From positions 18,662,001-18,726,000 of the forward strand of contig OX597819.1 in the NCBI GenBank assembly GCA_951406725.2: 64,000 nt of DNA. Reading direction: 5' to 3'. The notes below the pieces were generated by a model that searched no databases, was not told where the DNA came from, and worked only from the letters and a program-made list of their open reading frames with translations. The stretch is from Octopus vulgaris. Its lineage: Eukaryota. The translations under genes and the position numbers were made by a program. Positions 1-13,789 of this stretch are shown piece after piece (position 1 is the stretch's first letter; every line of letters starts with the position of its first letter).

Positions 1-39
1 TATATATGTATATATATATATATATATATGTGTGTATAT

Positions 40-965
40 TTATATAGATGTCGCGCTTGATTTCGACAGTGGTATCTACAGACCTTACTGCAAGTCCAAT
101 CATAGACTATCATACATTAACACACCCTCTTGCAACCAAACCATGGTATTCAAAAACCTAATAAAATATATAAGTAAAGCAATTTCGAACTTATCCTCAA
201 ATAAAAGTATTTTCGATGCAGCAGTCCCCGTTCACAATGATGCGTAAGCGGCCCGTGGGTTCCAAACCATATAGTATATATGCCAGGATCGAGCAACCAT
301 AATAGTAAACGTCACCGCAACACCTTATGTTTCGTTCCTCGCACTCCTTAATCGTCCGGACATGCGCAGGTAAGATTTTTCTTAGGTTGGTGGATAAGCA
401 TTTCACTCGATCACACAAATATAGAAAGATATTTAACAGACATTATTTAAGGATCTCGTTAATTTGTGCACCCAATGTTAAGAAAATATTACCTAGCACT
501 CACAAACCACGGACAGAGGTAGGTTGTTGATGCAAGATTAGAAATGATTGCCCAGTGGACGGCCGATGTTACACCGAGGCTACAGTGTACCAAGCAAAGG
601 TAGCCTCAAACGGAAGCAGCACAAATAACAGCAACATCAATACCAACACAGGAACACACCCTAAAATTTACGTCGGATCTTGTGAATCCAAATTTAAAAT
701 TCACCTGAACAGCCACAGATCTTCTGTCTGGGTGTCAGAGAGACGTTCGCAGCATAAATATGGTGCCTGAAGGACGATCATACGCCCTTCAACATCAAGA
801 GGAAAACATTAGAAACATGTGGACCCTATTGCAATGGACCAAAGCTGTGTAAGATGTGGAGAAAGATATATCATCCTAATGAATCCACATGAATCAGGAG
901 GCGATCTAAATTCAAAGACGGTAGCGCTGGGGAGTCGTGCACAGTTTCGGAAATTTTTACTTCTA
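40..965 (+). mobile_element. Degenerate Penelope-like retroelement (RT thumb/linker plus GIY-YIG endonuclease), frameshifted
   Basis: Successive broken frames read LDFDSGIYRPYCKSNHRLSYIN...ISKAISNLSSNKSIFDAAVPVHNDA, GKIFLRLVDKHFTRSHKYRKIFNRHYLRIS, CPVDGRCYTEATVYQAKV...KIYVGSCESKFKIHLNSHRSS and ...ERYIILMNP...LNSK. This is the typical PLE order: post-RT linker, CPxxGxC, then VY..YVG (GIY-YIG). Confidence 0.85.
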
Positions 966-1512
966 CGAAAATGCCACAAATTGTATGCAAACACCTCTAA
1001 GCATATATAATCAAACGGACTGTGCATATAATGCCACACTTATAGACACATGGGGTCATGCCTTAGAGCTCAAAATCGGGACTGTAGTTTCATCCTGTAT
1101 AAAATGTATTTCCCAAAACCTATTTCGTCGTCCATTCCACATTTTATATTCATTCTCTGACTTTTGATAACGAAGGCTAACATCATATAAAGAACAAATG
1201 ACCATTTAAAATTGGTCTTCCGGGCATAAATAAGAAAGAAACGAAATAATGCTACCTTTGAAAGGCCAGCGTCAAATACAAACAGTTTTCTAGCAATCTT
1301 GCTGGAAACTTTGCGTATATGTTCATCAGTGTTTACGAATATATTTTCTACCCAGGAATGTTTCCGGTAGATTCTCTTCCACACGGGCGTTTATATACTT
1401 TTAGTTCATATTCTTGATTTAATATAAACAAATGTTTAAAGGATGTAAACGTGAAACACAAATTAAAACTTAGAACATATCAAGCTTAAATAAATATATA
1501 ATAAATGTATAC

Positions 1513-1552
<40 letters not shown>

Positions 1553-1814
1553 GTCCAAAATACGTAAATGTATATGTGTGTACAGGTGCATATATAATGA
1601 TATATTTAGATAAATGTAGAGAGTTAAGAAAGGCGTATATTTTAAATTGGTAATGAATATTTTGCTGCGCTTACTCTCGGAAAAGCATATGAAGAATTCA
1701 CAAGCAATCATGTCTTTTGGCGTAAAAACGCCGCTCGCGTGGTTATGTGTATTTGTGGACTTTGGATATTACTTAAAGCCTGTATCATTCTTGCATTGCC
1801 GTAGGGTTACAGTA

Positions 1815-1842
1815 CATACACACAGAGACACAGACACACCAT

Positions 1843-1921
<79 letters not shown>

Positions 1922-1943
1922 TAATGATAAATCTCAGAGCGAG

Positions 1944-1992
<49 letters not shown>

Positions 1993-2078
1993 TATATATG
2001 TACATATACATATACATATATATATACACACACATATATCTATATATATATGTATACATATATATATGTATGTATGTA

Positions 2079-2111
<33 letters not shown>

Positions 2112-2130
2112 ATGTGTGTGTGTGTGAGTA
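1815..2130. repeat. Compound (CA)n/(TA)n/(TG)n microsatellite
   Basis: Directly visible. Similar tracts at 2520-2765, 14820-14910, 15840-16085, 16960-17240, 37825-38090, 40090-40950, 50735-51155, 56340-57140 and 62462-62765. Confidence 0.95.
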
Positions 2131-2517
2131 AAGGCATGTGTACACATACATAAATGTAGATATAATTTTTATACATTTGTAATCAAATATTCAGAAAAAT
2201 ATATGCGTTCGTATATTTATTTAAACTTAATAACATGAAACAGCGCGTCGGGGGGTTATGTTAATCACGTTACATGGCGATCGTTTTTAGATGTATCGAT
2301 AGAGAGCGAGAAAGAGATAATAACATACTGAAGTACACCCTAGGTTATGTTCATATACGTACACCTGCAATTACACACTAGAATACATAAATGCTTCTGC
2401 ACACACATACACAGAAACACACACAGAGACATATGAATGTTAATGAGGTAGAATGCAAAGAAAGTGAAAGGAATAAGTCTGCATATATTAACTTACTATG
2501 TTAAATATATGTCTCTG

Positions 2518-2567
<50 letters not shown>

Positions 2568-3043
2568 CATATACATATATACGTGTATGTGCCTGTGTGT
2601 GTATGTATGTATGCGTATGTATATAGATACATTCATACATATATACATACATATATATATATGTGTGTGTGTATATACGTGTATCTATATATATATAAAT
2701 GTGTGTGTGTGTGTGTGTGTATGTATATTTGCATAGACCTGTACATATGTTTGTGTGTATGTATACATTGACCCGTTCAATCGATATTGATTTATGTAAC
2801 AGCCTTCGGATGAGTAGATAACAAGGTAGATTCCTGAAAATAGACAAAGAGTAAGCAAGGGGAAAACCCAAAAATAAAACAGTAAATTGGACATCTAAAA
2901 AGACAACTGTTTAGATATAGCTAGCTCATCAATCTTTAAATATGGAAGCTTATCCGAGATTTAAGTTCCGTGCAATTTATCAAATAACATTTGTGTTCAG
3001 TTCGTATTTTATATTTTGTTGAAATGCATTTATTTATTTATTC

Positions 3044-3050
<7 letters not shown>

Positions 3051-3117
<67 letters not shown>

Positions 3118-3119
3118 GT
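3051..3119. repeat. (TTA)n microsatellite
   Basis: Directly visible. Confidence 0.95.
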
Positions 3120-3755
3120 TCGATTTCTTTTTCTTCTTCTTTACAAAATTCAAATTTCTGAAGTATTCGAGTGTTTGATATAATTTCTCTTCGAGATTAA
3201 GAATAATTTAATATTACTTGAAATTTAAAAGCTAATACGTGGTTCAAGAATGGATATGTTGTAATGATGTTTGTTGCACAAATTTACATTTCCAGGTTCG
3301 TTGCCCCGTCGATCGAAATTCAGCAAAAATTAGAAGCCCATTAGTTTGCAAATTACATTTTCAATGTAGAGACATGCATACAGTCAGGCAGATGGTTGGA
3401 CGGACTGACGGACGGGCGGACAGACAGATAGATAGATTCATACATTAATTCCTGAACTAACATTATGCTTTTCGATGGTGATTATGTTACACTGCACATT
3501 GTATGTATGTATTACGTATAGTATGCACATTTATAGCAATAAGGCACCCGAGGACAATTGGAGTCCGAAGTGAAATCTTTTGTGAATTCAAACAGAAGAA
3601 GAAAAACAATTTATTCCTTTCGGCAGGTCTCTGCTCGTGTTTACCTTTTTACTTACTATACGAAACCACCAACACAGGTGATTTGGGATTCTGGTGATTC
3701 ACATCTCAAAGAAAAGGGTTGTTGGTACAAACGAGCTGAAGAAATAGTTTTGATA

Positions 3756-3936
3756 GAGTTCTATATTTAAAAGATGAGGAATTATCTACGTTATTTACAT
3801 TATTTACACTTGACGAATATATGCCCTCAACTTGTTTGTTGTTAACACAACGTTTCGGCTGATATACCCTCCAGCCTCCAGGTGTCTTGGGGAAATTTCG
3901 AACGTGGATCCTCATTCCTAAGGTATTTTTCGATGT
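3756..3936 (-). mobile_element. Penelope-type terminal-repeat sequence (hammerhead core partly deleted), inverted copy
   Basis: Reverse complement of 4288-4440 and 14580-14730. Minus strand reads GACACCTG-GAGGCTGGAGGGTATATCAGCCGAAACGTTGTGTT. Confidence 0.75.
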
Positions 3937-3954
3937 CATTATTATTATTATTAA

Positions 3955-4021
<67 letters not shown>

Positions 4022-4071
4022 GTTATTATCGTTATTATTATTGTTGTTGTTGTTGTTATCATTATTATTAC

Positions 4072-4440
<369 letters not shown>

Positions 4441-4655
4441 ATAGTTTTGATATTTTCTACATTCCTAAAGCGACGACTACTGCGCGTGTTGTGATACGTT
4501 GTTCTTCCTGTTTCAAATCGTAACTCATCGCGAGACAGTTGCTGCAACACGATCTGTTATTTATCGGTCTGATCTCCTTGAATGTGGATATATCATTACG
4601 TATGTAGCGCACTTACATAACATTGAATATGCATCTTTCTCATCTCGTTCTCTTT

Positions 4656-4691
<36 letters not shown>

Positions 4692-5477
4692 AACGCACAC
4701 ACCTATATGTATAAGTATACATACACATATACAGGCACACACGTATACTCACATAAATGACACCTGTGTAAGCTTTAGTATATGAACGACTGCACCATAT
4801 CTAATTTTTCTTGTTTGTGTACGTTTCGCAACTGTAACTTTGAAAGTATCTCTCTTTGTTTCTTTGTTTCTTTCTTTCTTTTGTCCTTCTTTCAGTAAGA
4901 TGTAACCTCAAGGTACCGGAGGATTTTTGTACGTCACCTCTAGATTACAAATTGCACTCTAGAAATTTAAAATTTATGAGTCGGTGATGAGTTTTTACCA
5001 AATGGTAAAGTCTCTCAGATACGTAATTATCCATAATTGCAGTAATAATTTCAACAACTTTGCTGAATAGGTGAATGAATGGTGTATAATTTGGCAGCCG
5101 AATCTTTGGCATCGATACTCCAATCATCTACTTTGGAAACCAGTAAAGAATGATTAAGTGACAAATTAGTATATAATAACTACAGCGTGAAGATGTAGTT
5201 GTTCTTTAGATATGACGTAACATCTAGCGTACGCATTTTGTTTTGTTTTATATAGCAAAACAATTTTAAAAAGCATTATTTGATCGACATTGAAATAAAT
5301 TGAATTACAAGTAAGAATTACGAATAGAGAACCCAGAGAACAAAATAAAACAACTTAAAACAAAAAAAATATCTTCATTGCACATTTCAACCAGTTTGGT
5401 TTCTTGTCGCTCTCATGTTTTTCGCCTTTAAACCTAAATAAAAGACTGGTTTGATTTATATAATGCGGAACAGATAT

Positions 5478-5870
5478 ACTCTTTTACTTGTTTCAGTCAT
5501 TTCACTGTGGCCATGCTGGAGCACCGCCTTTAGTCGAGAAAATCGCCCCCAGGACTTATTCTTTGAAAGCCTAGTACTTATTTTATCGGACTCCTTTGCC
5601 GAACCGCCAAGTTACGGGGACGTAAGCACACCAGCATCGGCTGTTAAGCGATGTTGGAGGGACAAACATATACACTCACCCATATATATACATATACATA
5701 TATACGACAGGTTTCTTTCAGTTTCCATCTACCAAATCCACTCACAAGGCTTTGGTCGTTACGAGGCTATAGTAGAAGACACTTTCCCAAGTTGTCACGC
5801 AATGGGACTGAACCCGGAACCATGTGGTTGGTAAACAAGCTACTTACCACACAGCCACTCTTACGCCTAT
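5478..5870 (-). mobile_element. tRNA-derived SINE, family C (head, CORE-like centre, internal microsatellite, CR1-like tail)
   Basis: Minus strand starts GGCGTAAGAGTGGCTGTGTGGTAAG...GGGTTCAGTCCC and ends GGCGGTGCTCCAGCATGGCC...TGACTGAAACAAGTAAAAG. Related copies at 17517, 45055, 49950, 58095 and 58495. Confidence 0.85.
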
Positions 5871-6018
5871 ATACATGCATTATTTGTTAAAAAAGTTTCT
5901 CACTAATCACAATGTCGGCAAATTAGGTGGGTTTATCGACTGAATATATAATCATAAACCCGGGGGATAATAAACCCTGAGTTGCCTATCTTAGATGTGA
6001 AGAAGCGGAACAAATATT

Positions 6019-6217
6019 AGCTTCAAATTTTGTCACAAGGCCAGCAATTTGGCGGGAGGAGATAAGTCGATTACATCGACCCCAATTGCTCAACTGGTAC
6101 TTGTTTTATCAACTCCGAAAGGATTAAAGGCGGAATTTGAACCCAGAACGTAAAAACGGACGAAATGCTGCTATGTACTTATCCAGTGTGCGAACGATTC
6201 TGCCAGATCACCGCCTT
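6019..6217 (-). mobile_element. tRNA-derived SINE, family A (tail type 2), diverged
   Basis: Homologous to 36661-36893 and other copies. Imperfect flanking direct repeat AAGCGGAACAAATATT / AAGTCGGATTAAATATT. Confidence 0.8.
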
Positions 6218-6929
6218 AAGTCGGATTAAATATTGCAAAATGTTTTGCTCTCAATATTGTGTCAAGTCACCGACTTGTAGCTAACTTCTGTTTATGCTCT
6301 TAATTCCTGACCCAGTGTTTTAAACAACCTTATATTTTAAACTCTGGTAAGCACAGGTTGTTTCAAATTTCTGAGATCCACCCGGTTTATATCCTATTCA
6401 AACCATGCAATCGATCTTGTGGCGTATCTTGCAAATATACATATTCAAATTAATGCTAAAATTCCTTTTTAAATACATTATATTAAATGTAGAAAAGTCG
6501 GTGGATCAGTAGTTTATCGTACTGAAATTTTCAATTTCTTATAGCTTTATGTTATACGTTCAAATTCATTCTATGATGTATCGATGATTCCTGTTCCCTT
6601 AGTAAACTGCATTCAATGAACATGTCATCATCAATTCGGTTTCGTTCCTGGTCAAACCCGATGCAGTAAATTTATGACGAAAATGTACCCCAGTCATAAC
6701 ATTTCTATTGTCTCTGTACACAGACAGCCTACATTTAATGCCCTATAACCCAAGGAACAAAATGCTATTTGTGGAAATCATTGCTGTTAATTGCTGCTAG
6801 TTTATAGCTAGAAGATACTTAAGATTCATCGAACGTTGGCACATTCTGAAACCATACCAAATGAACATTTAAGAACAAAAAACCCAAATACTTTGAGCGA
6901 GGGAAAACTGAACCACTTTCAGCAATAAT

Positions 6930-8013
6930 CTTCTTCTTCTTCTTCTTCTTCTTCTTCTTCTTCTTCTTCTTCTTCTTCTTCTTCTTCTTCTTCTTCTTCT
7001 TCTTCTTCTTCTCCTTCTTGTTCTTTTTCTTTTTTCTTCTCCTTCTTCTTTTTCTTGTTCTTCTCCTTCTCCTTCTTCTTCTCCTTCTTATTCTTCTTCT
7101 TCTTCTCCTCCTCCTCCTCCTCTTCCTCCTTCTTCTTCTTCTTTTCCTTCTTCTTCTTCTTCTTCTTCTTCTTCTTCTTCTTCTTCTTCTTCTTCTTCTT
7201 CTTCTTCTTCTTCTTCTCCTCCTCCTTCTCCTTCTTCTTCTCCTTCTTCTCCTTCTTCTTCTCCTTCTTTTTCTTATTCTTCTTCTCCTTCTCCTCTCCT
7301 CCTCCTTCTCCTTCTTCTTCTTCTTCTTCTTCTTCTCATTCTTCTTCTACTCCTTCTCCTTCTTCTTCTTCTTCTTCTTCTTCTTCTCCTCCTTCTTGTT
7401 CTTGTTCTTGTTCTTCTTCTCCTTCTTCTTTTTCTTTTTCTTCTCCTTCTCCTTCTCCTTCTCCTTCTTCTTCTTCTTCTCCTCCTTCTTCTTCTCCTTC
7501 TTTTTCTTCTTCTCTTCCTCCTCCTCCTCCTCCTCCTCATCTTCCTCATTCTTCTTCTTCTTTTCCTTCTCCTTCTTCTTCTTCTTCTTCTCCTTCTTCT
7601 TCTTCTTCTTCTCATTCTTCTTCTTCTTCTTCTTATTCTTCTTCTTCTTCTCCTTCTCCTTCTTCTTTTTCTTTTTCTTTTTCTTCTCCTTCTCCTTCTC
7701 CTTCTCCTTCTTCTTCTTCTTCTTCTCCTCCTTCTTCTTCTCCTTCTTTTTCTTCTTCTCTTCCTCCTCCTCCTCCTCCTCCTCATCTTCCTCCTTCTTC
7801 TTCTTCTTTTCCTTCTCCTTCTTCTTCTTCTTCTTCTCCTTCTTCTTCTTCTTCTTCTTCTTCTCATTCTTCTTCTTCTTCTTCTTCTTCTTCTTCTTCT
7901 TCTCCTTCTCCTTCTTCTTCTCCTTCTTCTTCTTCTTCTTCTTCTTCTCATTCTTCTTCTACTTCTTCTTCTTTCTTCTTCTTCTTCTTCTTCTTCTTCT
8001 TCTTCTTCTTTTT
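6930..8013. repeat. ~1.1-kb (CTT/CCT)n polypyrimidine tract
   Basis: Directly visible; nearly purine-free on the + strand. Confidence 0.95.
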
Positions 8014-8299
8014 TCAATTCCGTTTCCATTTCTTGTCGTCTGTCTTCCTGATATCTAGGACAGAGAAACGCACTCTAAATATTTGTTGGCCATTAAAATA
8101 AACACACCAGATTTATTCATTTAGAAAGTCATGTCATAGCGAAAAGGGGGATAAAATCAGGGAGAAAATAAGAAAATAAAATAAAAAAGTAAACAAAGAA
8201 AATGAAAAGGAAAAAAGGAAAGAAAATTCACAGCGACAATGCTCTTCTCAATACGTGTGACAAACCAGTTAAGACAATCTTTTGCATTTCCTCTGTGGA

Positions 8300-8870
8300 T
8301 GATAAGACAAGGATCATTCTGATATAATTTCACGTTCTTTTTTGACCATTCCAAGCGGTCCTATAACCACTGGTATTGTAACCGTCTAGCGATGCCACAT
8401 CTTTTAGATTTCGATTAGCAAATCGTTATATTTTCTGTGATTATCAAGTTCTTTTGCCGAGATCTTATTCTCACTGTGGATGGTCATGTCAATAAACAGA
8501 CTTGACTGTTTGGTCTTACACAACAATATCTAGGTCCTTTGCTTTGATGGTCCGGTTTCTGCATACTGGAGAGTCCCAAAGAATAGTTACATTTTCTCCT
8601 TCAGTTACAGCCTCATAATGATAATTGTACCATTTGTCAGCAGTTTGAATTTTTTATAATGTCAACATATCAACTAATGTAGATATTGGCCAAATCTGTC
8701 ATGTTTTGAACTATACTCTACTGGCGCTAAAAACTTACACTCGGAAATTAGGTGGCCCACTGTTTCAATCCCATCGTTGCAATATCTACTCCATTTTTCT
8801 TCACATTGGCTTGATAGTCCCGGGTCAATAAGCTCGAGCAGCCAAAATATAGCCTTCATTCTCAGCCTTT
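8300..8870 (-). mobile_element. Degenerate R4/Dong-type non-LTR retrotransposon C-terminus (CCHC knuckle plus restriction-like endonuclease)
   Basis: Broken minus frames read RYCNDGIETVGHLISECKFLAPVEYSSKHDRFGQYLH, KWYNYHYEAVTEGENVTILWD...DLDIVV and FIDMTI...KYNDLLIEI*KMW...TIPVVIGPLG, matching the RLE motif order (CxxC..HxxxxC, RHD, PD, KxxKY). Confidence 0.8.
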
Positions 8871-8879
8871 AGCACTGAG

Positions 8880-9385
8880 GTCCGCAGGAGAATTTCAGTA
8901 CTTTATTCGATAGATGTGAAGACTTAATGCATGCTTTTATTTCATCAGATCTTGTTCGTCTCAGAATGACTGTTAATGCCTGTCTCAAGTCTTCTGATAA
9001 AACTAATGTAACTCCTCCCATAGATTTATTGTTGCTTCTGATGTCTTGTAAGGTCTTACCAAGTGCTTGCATCGCACCTCTATGTGACATGGTGCATTCA
9101 TCCGAAATGTTAAGGTGGCATTGGCACAACACTTTTGTTGAACCTGAATCTTTGCTTATGTTACAAATTGGACTGTCCTTTGTGAACAGGGTCAGTGGTA
9201 TTTTAACAGCAGAATGAGCTGTTCGTCCTTCTGGAAGAATGGTGGCAGCAAAGTCAGACAATGTTACAGCAACTGCAATTCTTTTTTTGTTGCTTTACCT
9301 TGGAGAGAAGCAATGTTACAAATGTTTTACCTGAGCATCAAGAAAGAAAATTCCCTCGCTTTTCTCTGGCGATTATGGAACGCCA
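8880..9385 (-). mobile_element. Helitron RepHel Pif1-like helicase fragment (pseudogene)
   Basis: ORF 8869-9261 reads AATILPEGRTAHSAVKIP...DECTMSH...ALGKTLQDIRSNNKSMGGVTLVLSEDLRQ...ACIKSSHL (Pif1 helicase motifs). A broken GIFFLDA upstream marks the remnant of the Walker A region. Confidence 0.85.
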
Positions 9386-9406
9386 CACGCATGCCCGCAG
9401 GTACAC

Positions 9407-9445
<39 letters not shown>

Positions 9446-9487
9446 TACATATGCATACAGTAACAAGCATCCTATGAAATAGATGTT

Positions 9488-9518
<31 letters not shown>

Positions 9519-9884
9519 AAGACAAGTGGAGGGTTGTGGTGACATACATCCTCCTTGTATGTATGTGAGTGTGTGCGTATGTGAGTGAGGGAGAGAAAGA
9601 GTGAGAGTGCCACTTAGGCATCACTATCTCTCTCTCTCACACAGACGCGCATACATACACAGAAAAACGATGTATGCATATGTATTTATATCCCTTCAGT
9701 CACTCATACACACACACACACAGACATAGAGACACACACACACAAACACACAGATATAAACACACACACACATAAAAATATGTATACAAACATACATACA
9801 AAAACACGGCCTGCAAAAAGAAAGTAAATAAAAAGATTTTACAGGAATTTACGAAATGTGCGAGTTCAGAACCAAATGAAGCCA

Positions 9885-9928
<44 letters not shown>

Positions 9929-10439
9929 TGTGTGAGAGAGAGAGAGATAAAGAGAGAGAGACAGATAGACAGAGAGAAAAGACAAACAGACAGAGAGAGA
10001 GACAGACAGACAGACAGAGAACAGTGCAAACAATGAATGAGATAAACATGGAATGAAAAAATCGTAGAAATAAAAGCAAGTTGAAAAATATCTTGTACCG
10101 AATATTCAAATTTGTGAATTTCGTAAATATTTCTTTCAGTAAATTATCACAGTTGTTTACAAATAGCGAACATTAAAATAGAGACTTGGAGACTTCACGG
10201 TCGGTTTTTTTACGTTAATACCGCGGAAGTTGATATTCAGGAACCTCTTAAAGAAGTGAATCATAAATATAATGCAATATCTTTTTATTTTTAATGAAGT
10301 AAATCAAATGATGACCCTGTTATATGTCCAAAGTGTAATTATTCGTGGATCGCATAAATGGAAGTTACTGGTGAAGCCGTTTTCATGTGAAAAGTGAAGA
10401 CACATATAACTCTATTTTATACACACACTCATACTCAAG

Positions 10440-10902
10440 TCTACTGGCAGCAATTAGGGCGTTTGAACCAAGCTTTGAAGCAAAAAAAAGACCCGCTTTA
10501 GTGAGTCAAAAAGGAGTGATGTTTCATCGGGACAATGCGCGACCCCACACTGCAAAGATCACATCACAGAACATCGAAGAGCTTGTTTGGGAAAAAATTC
10601 CTCATCCACCTTATTCTCCCGACCTTGACCCTTCAGACTACCATTTATTTCGTAGTTTACAGAAGAATTTGGTGGACATAACTTTCGCAAGCCAGGAGGA
10701 GGTCAAAACTGACATTTCAGTGTTTTTCGCTTTGAAACCAAAAGAATTTTACATTGATGGATTAAAAAGCTTGTAAATAGATGAAAGGAAGTCATAGATA
10801 ATCAGGGGAAGTACACTGATGATTATATTTCAATTAAATATAACATTTGATCACTTGTTTTCTTTATTCAAAATTCGGACGAAACTTATGGGATGACCTG
10901 GT
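10440..10902 (+). mobile_element. mariner transposase 3' remnant with right TIR
   Basis: FHRDNARPHTA...HPPYSPDLDPSDYHLFRSL (second and third catalytic D region), followed by a terminal ...CGGACGAAACTTATGGGATGACCTGGTA. Confidence 0.85.
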
Positions 10903-11862
10903 ACTTTAATATTATCATCAGTGAGGCCTTTGTGGCTAATAAATAAATGATTATTATTAACCTCTACTCTTAATATCGCTACTATTATAATTACTATTAT
11001 TTTGTTGTCCTTACCATTATTATATTTATACTTCTAGAGTAGTCATAGCTACCGCTGACCACCAATTTATGTTATTGTAAAAGTCATTGTGGGTTCCTTC
11101 TGTAGCCATGACAACAGTACAGTTATTATCTTCGTTGTCATTGTTGTTATGAGTTGTGGCCTATGTTGTTGCTGGCGATTGGCAAAGTTAAATTTGCTGG
11201 CATTGATCCTACCACTATGTGTATCGCTAGTAAATGTTACTTGCTACAGTTCTTGTCTGTTTTATTTTTATGTAGGGTTGAGGTGATACTAGAAAAAAGA
11301 GACACTGGTTGATGGACATACATTTAGATATCATTGATATACATTTTAAGGTATTTTAATGTGGTGGCCACTTGACGAAAGTTTTTGAAAACATTTTATC
11401 CAATATTAGAAGTACATTTATTGTCATTCACTTCGGGACTGGTGACTACTCTAAGTTGTGGTTCCTGACCGATTACACGTGTGTTGAGACTTGCTACGGA
11501 ATTTATATTTAGATACATTTGGGGTACTTATGTGTACACATGGCTTTTGTGTCAGCTTTTTTCCATGGGTGCTTATGAGTATTTCATTTACTTCTTATCA
11601 TACTCTCTGCTGATGGGTAGAAAAATTCGCTGGATTAATCCCGAAATCGTTCGATACAGAGATAAATGATTTAAAAAAACAAAATCCCGTTAGCTTGCTT
11701 TAGCTTTATAGCATTTTACTGTATTTTCCATTTCTATTCCCCCGTCCCTTATGCAAATTCCGTCACAAATTCTCGTCTATTGTTCAAGTGTCCCCCTCTT
11801 TATACCACTTTGGCTAACAAAAGAAATTATTATTACGATTCTTGTTGTTCTTGATATTATTG

Positions 11863-11884
11863 GTAGTAGTAGTAGTAGTATTAC

Positions 11885-11925
<41 letters not shown>
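11863..11925. repeat. (AGT)n microsatellite
   Basis: Directly visible. Confidence 0.95.
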
Positions 11926-11926
<1 letters not shown>

Positions 11927-12343
11927 CAACAAACATTTGCGTTTGTTCTGAACTATACGAGTTGTACTCTAGTCTCAACCAGAGGCGGCAAAAGAAACCA
12001 AATTTTTACGTCTAAAAATGCAACCAGGTGAAGTGTTATGATATTTAAAAAAAAAAACAAAAAAAAAAAACAAATAAAAAAAATGATATTTGTCTTTAAA
12101 GACAAAAAAACAAACTTTTAGAAATTTTATAATAGAACGAAATGAAAAATGATTATCTCTCGACGGAGATGGAGTTACGTAAAACGTGTGAGGTAGCCAT
12201 AAGTATGATCTTTACAATTTGCTTATTTTGGAGATGCCAGGAATTTAGTTTGTGTATTTATTCGCTCACTTTGATGCCATTTCAAGTGCTTCAATAAAAA
12301 TAGGTATTGTTATTGATTTGAGATGCCACATTATCGTGATTCA

Positions 12344-12507
<164 letters not shown>

Positions 12508-13789
12508 CCTTTATGAACAACACGGGTATTAATAATGCCCATTTTTTTTCTTTGTTTTTCACTGTAAATATTCAAGCGAAATTTCAACATGTGGCACTCT
12601 CCTGCAATATGCTACACCATGTGATTGAAATATAATTATAACGCCTATCGCATTCAGCTGAATTTCTCCCATTAAAGTTTCATATTTTCTTTTTATTCAT
12701 CGAACAATCAAAATTTAAACTTAGAATTTTCTTTACAAAAAGCTTTCAATCAACCTCAATTATCTTCATATTGTAACAAAATATCAACGAGACATCAAAT
12801 GGAAAAATTACACCACGCAATCTCTTCAATTATATATTCTTAAATTCCGTTGCTGAAATATATTTGTACATAATTGATAGAAGACTTTTATGTTTCCGGA
12901 ATTTTATCTTAGTTAAGAAGAAATGAAAGAACGTCAATTTTCTCCCTGGATATTTTCCGAATATGCTTTCTTTTAACTTAATGTTTCAAGACAATATCAC
13001 ACATGCCAAATAAAATAATCTGTGCAAGATATTCTTATTATCTCATCGAGTTATATTGAGGTACAAACAGCCACGTTTCTATAGCTCTGAAGAAATCGAT
13101 GCCCAATCTATATTTTTGTAGTACAACGTAACATCAAGAGATAATTTCCATAAACTTATAGCGAACTATTACGTAAGTATGTAAAAGATAATAGAATTCG
13201 AAAATGTTCGCTAAAATTTCAAGATTTGGTGTAAAAAATATACCTTAACAAAAAGCATTCTAATTATTCCATCCTACACACATACACAAAGACGCGCGCG
13301 CGCACGTGCAGACTTTCATCATTGAGGCATTGAAAGTAACAACTGTACGTCTCTGGGAGTGTTTGATGCCTGAACATTCTTTAACAGACTCCATTTCTTT
13401 CTTAGTTGTTGTAGGTTGGGAGGGTCATATTGCATGTAAAAACACACGAAGTGTTTACATTTCACTTTAGTTTTACCACCAGCCTATTAAATAAGTAGTA
13501 AATAAATAAATTGGTTAATTTATTTGTGTTTCACATTCCTTCTGTAATAGTCTGTGACAATAATAAAATCTTAAACATCGAAGCTCTCTAATTCTTCAGC
13601 TGCTATTGCATATTTCCAGTTCGTTTCACACTTTTGGGATGGGATCTTTACACAAGAACATCAGGATAAAAAATTCCCTAAACTCGGTATTTATAACTGA
13701 ACGTAATTAAATACTTTTACAGACAAGGTTTGCACAACAGAGATATATGATTAAATAAAGCAGCTACCTGAGGGATTAATCCAAGTGAA

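Noticed and set aside
1463-2894. Many YI/HT/VC-repeat ORFs here and throughout the window
   Set aside because: Translations of (TA)n/(CA)n microsatellites
3170-3480. Possible Helentron/DINE-like element with a (GACG/GACA)n tract
   Set aside because: No sub-terminal inverted repeats or second copy could be identified
3540-3562. TAAGGCAC resembling the miR-124 5' end
   Set aside because: Only the seed matches; the rest differs and no precursor hairpin is evident
7018-8101. 346-aa, 348-aa and 251-aa ORFs
   Set aside because: Poly-L/F/S/R readings of the CTT tract
12640-13270. Possible old hAT transposase remnant on the minus strand
   Set aside because: Motif similarity is too weak to support by eye
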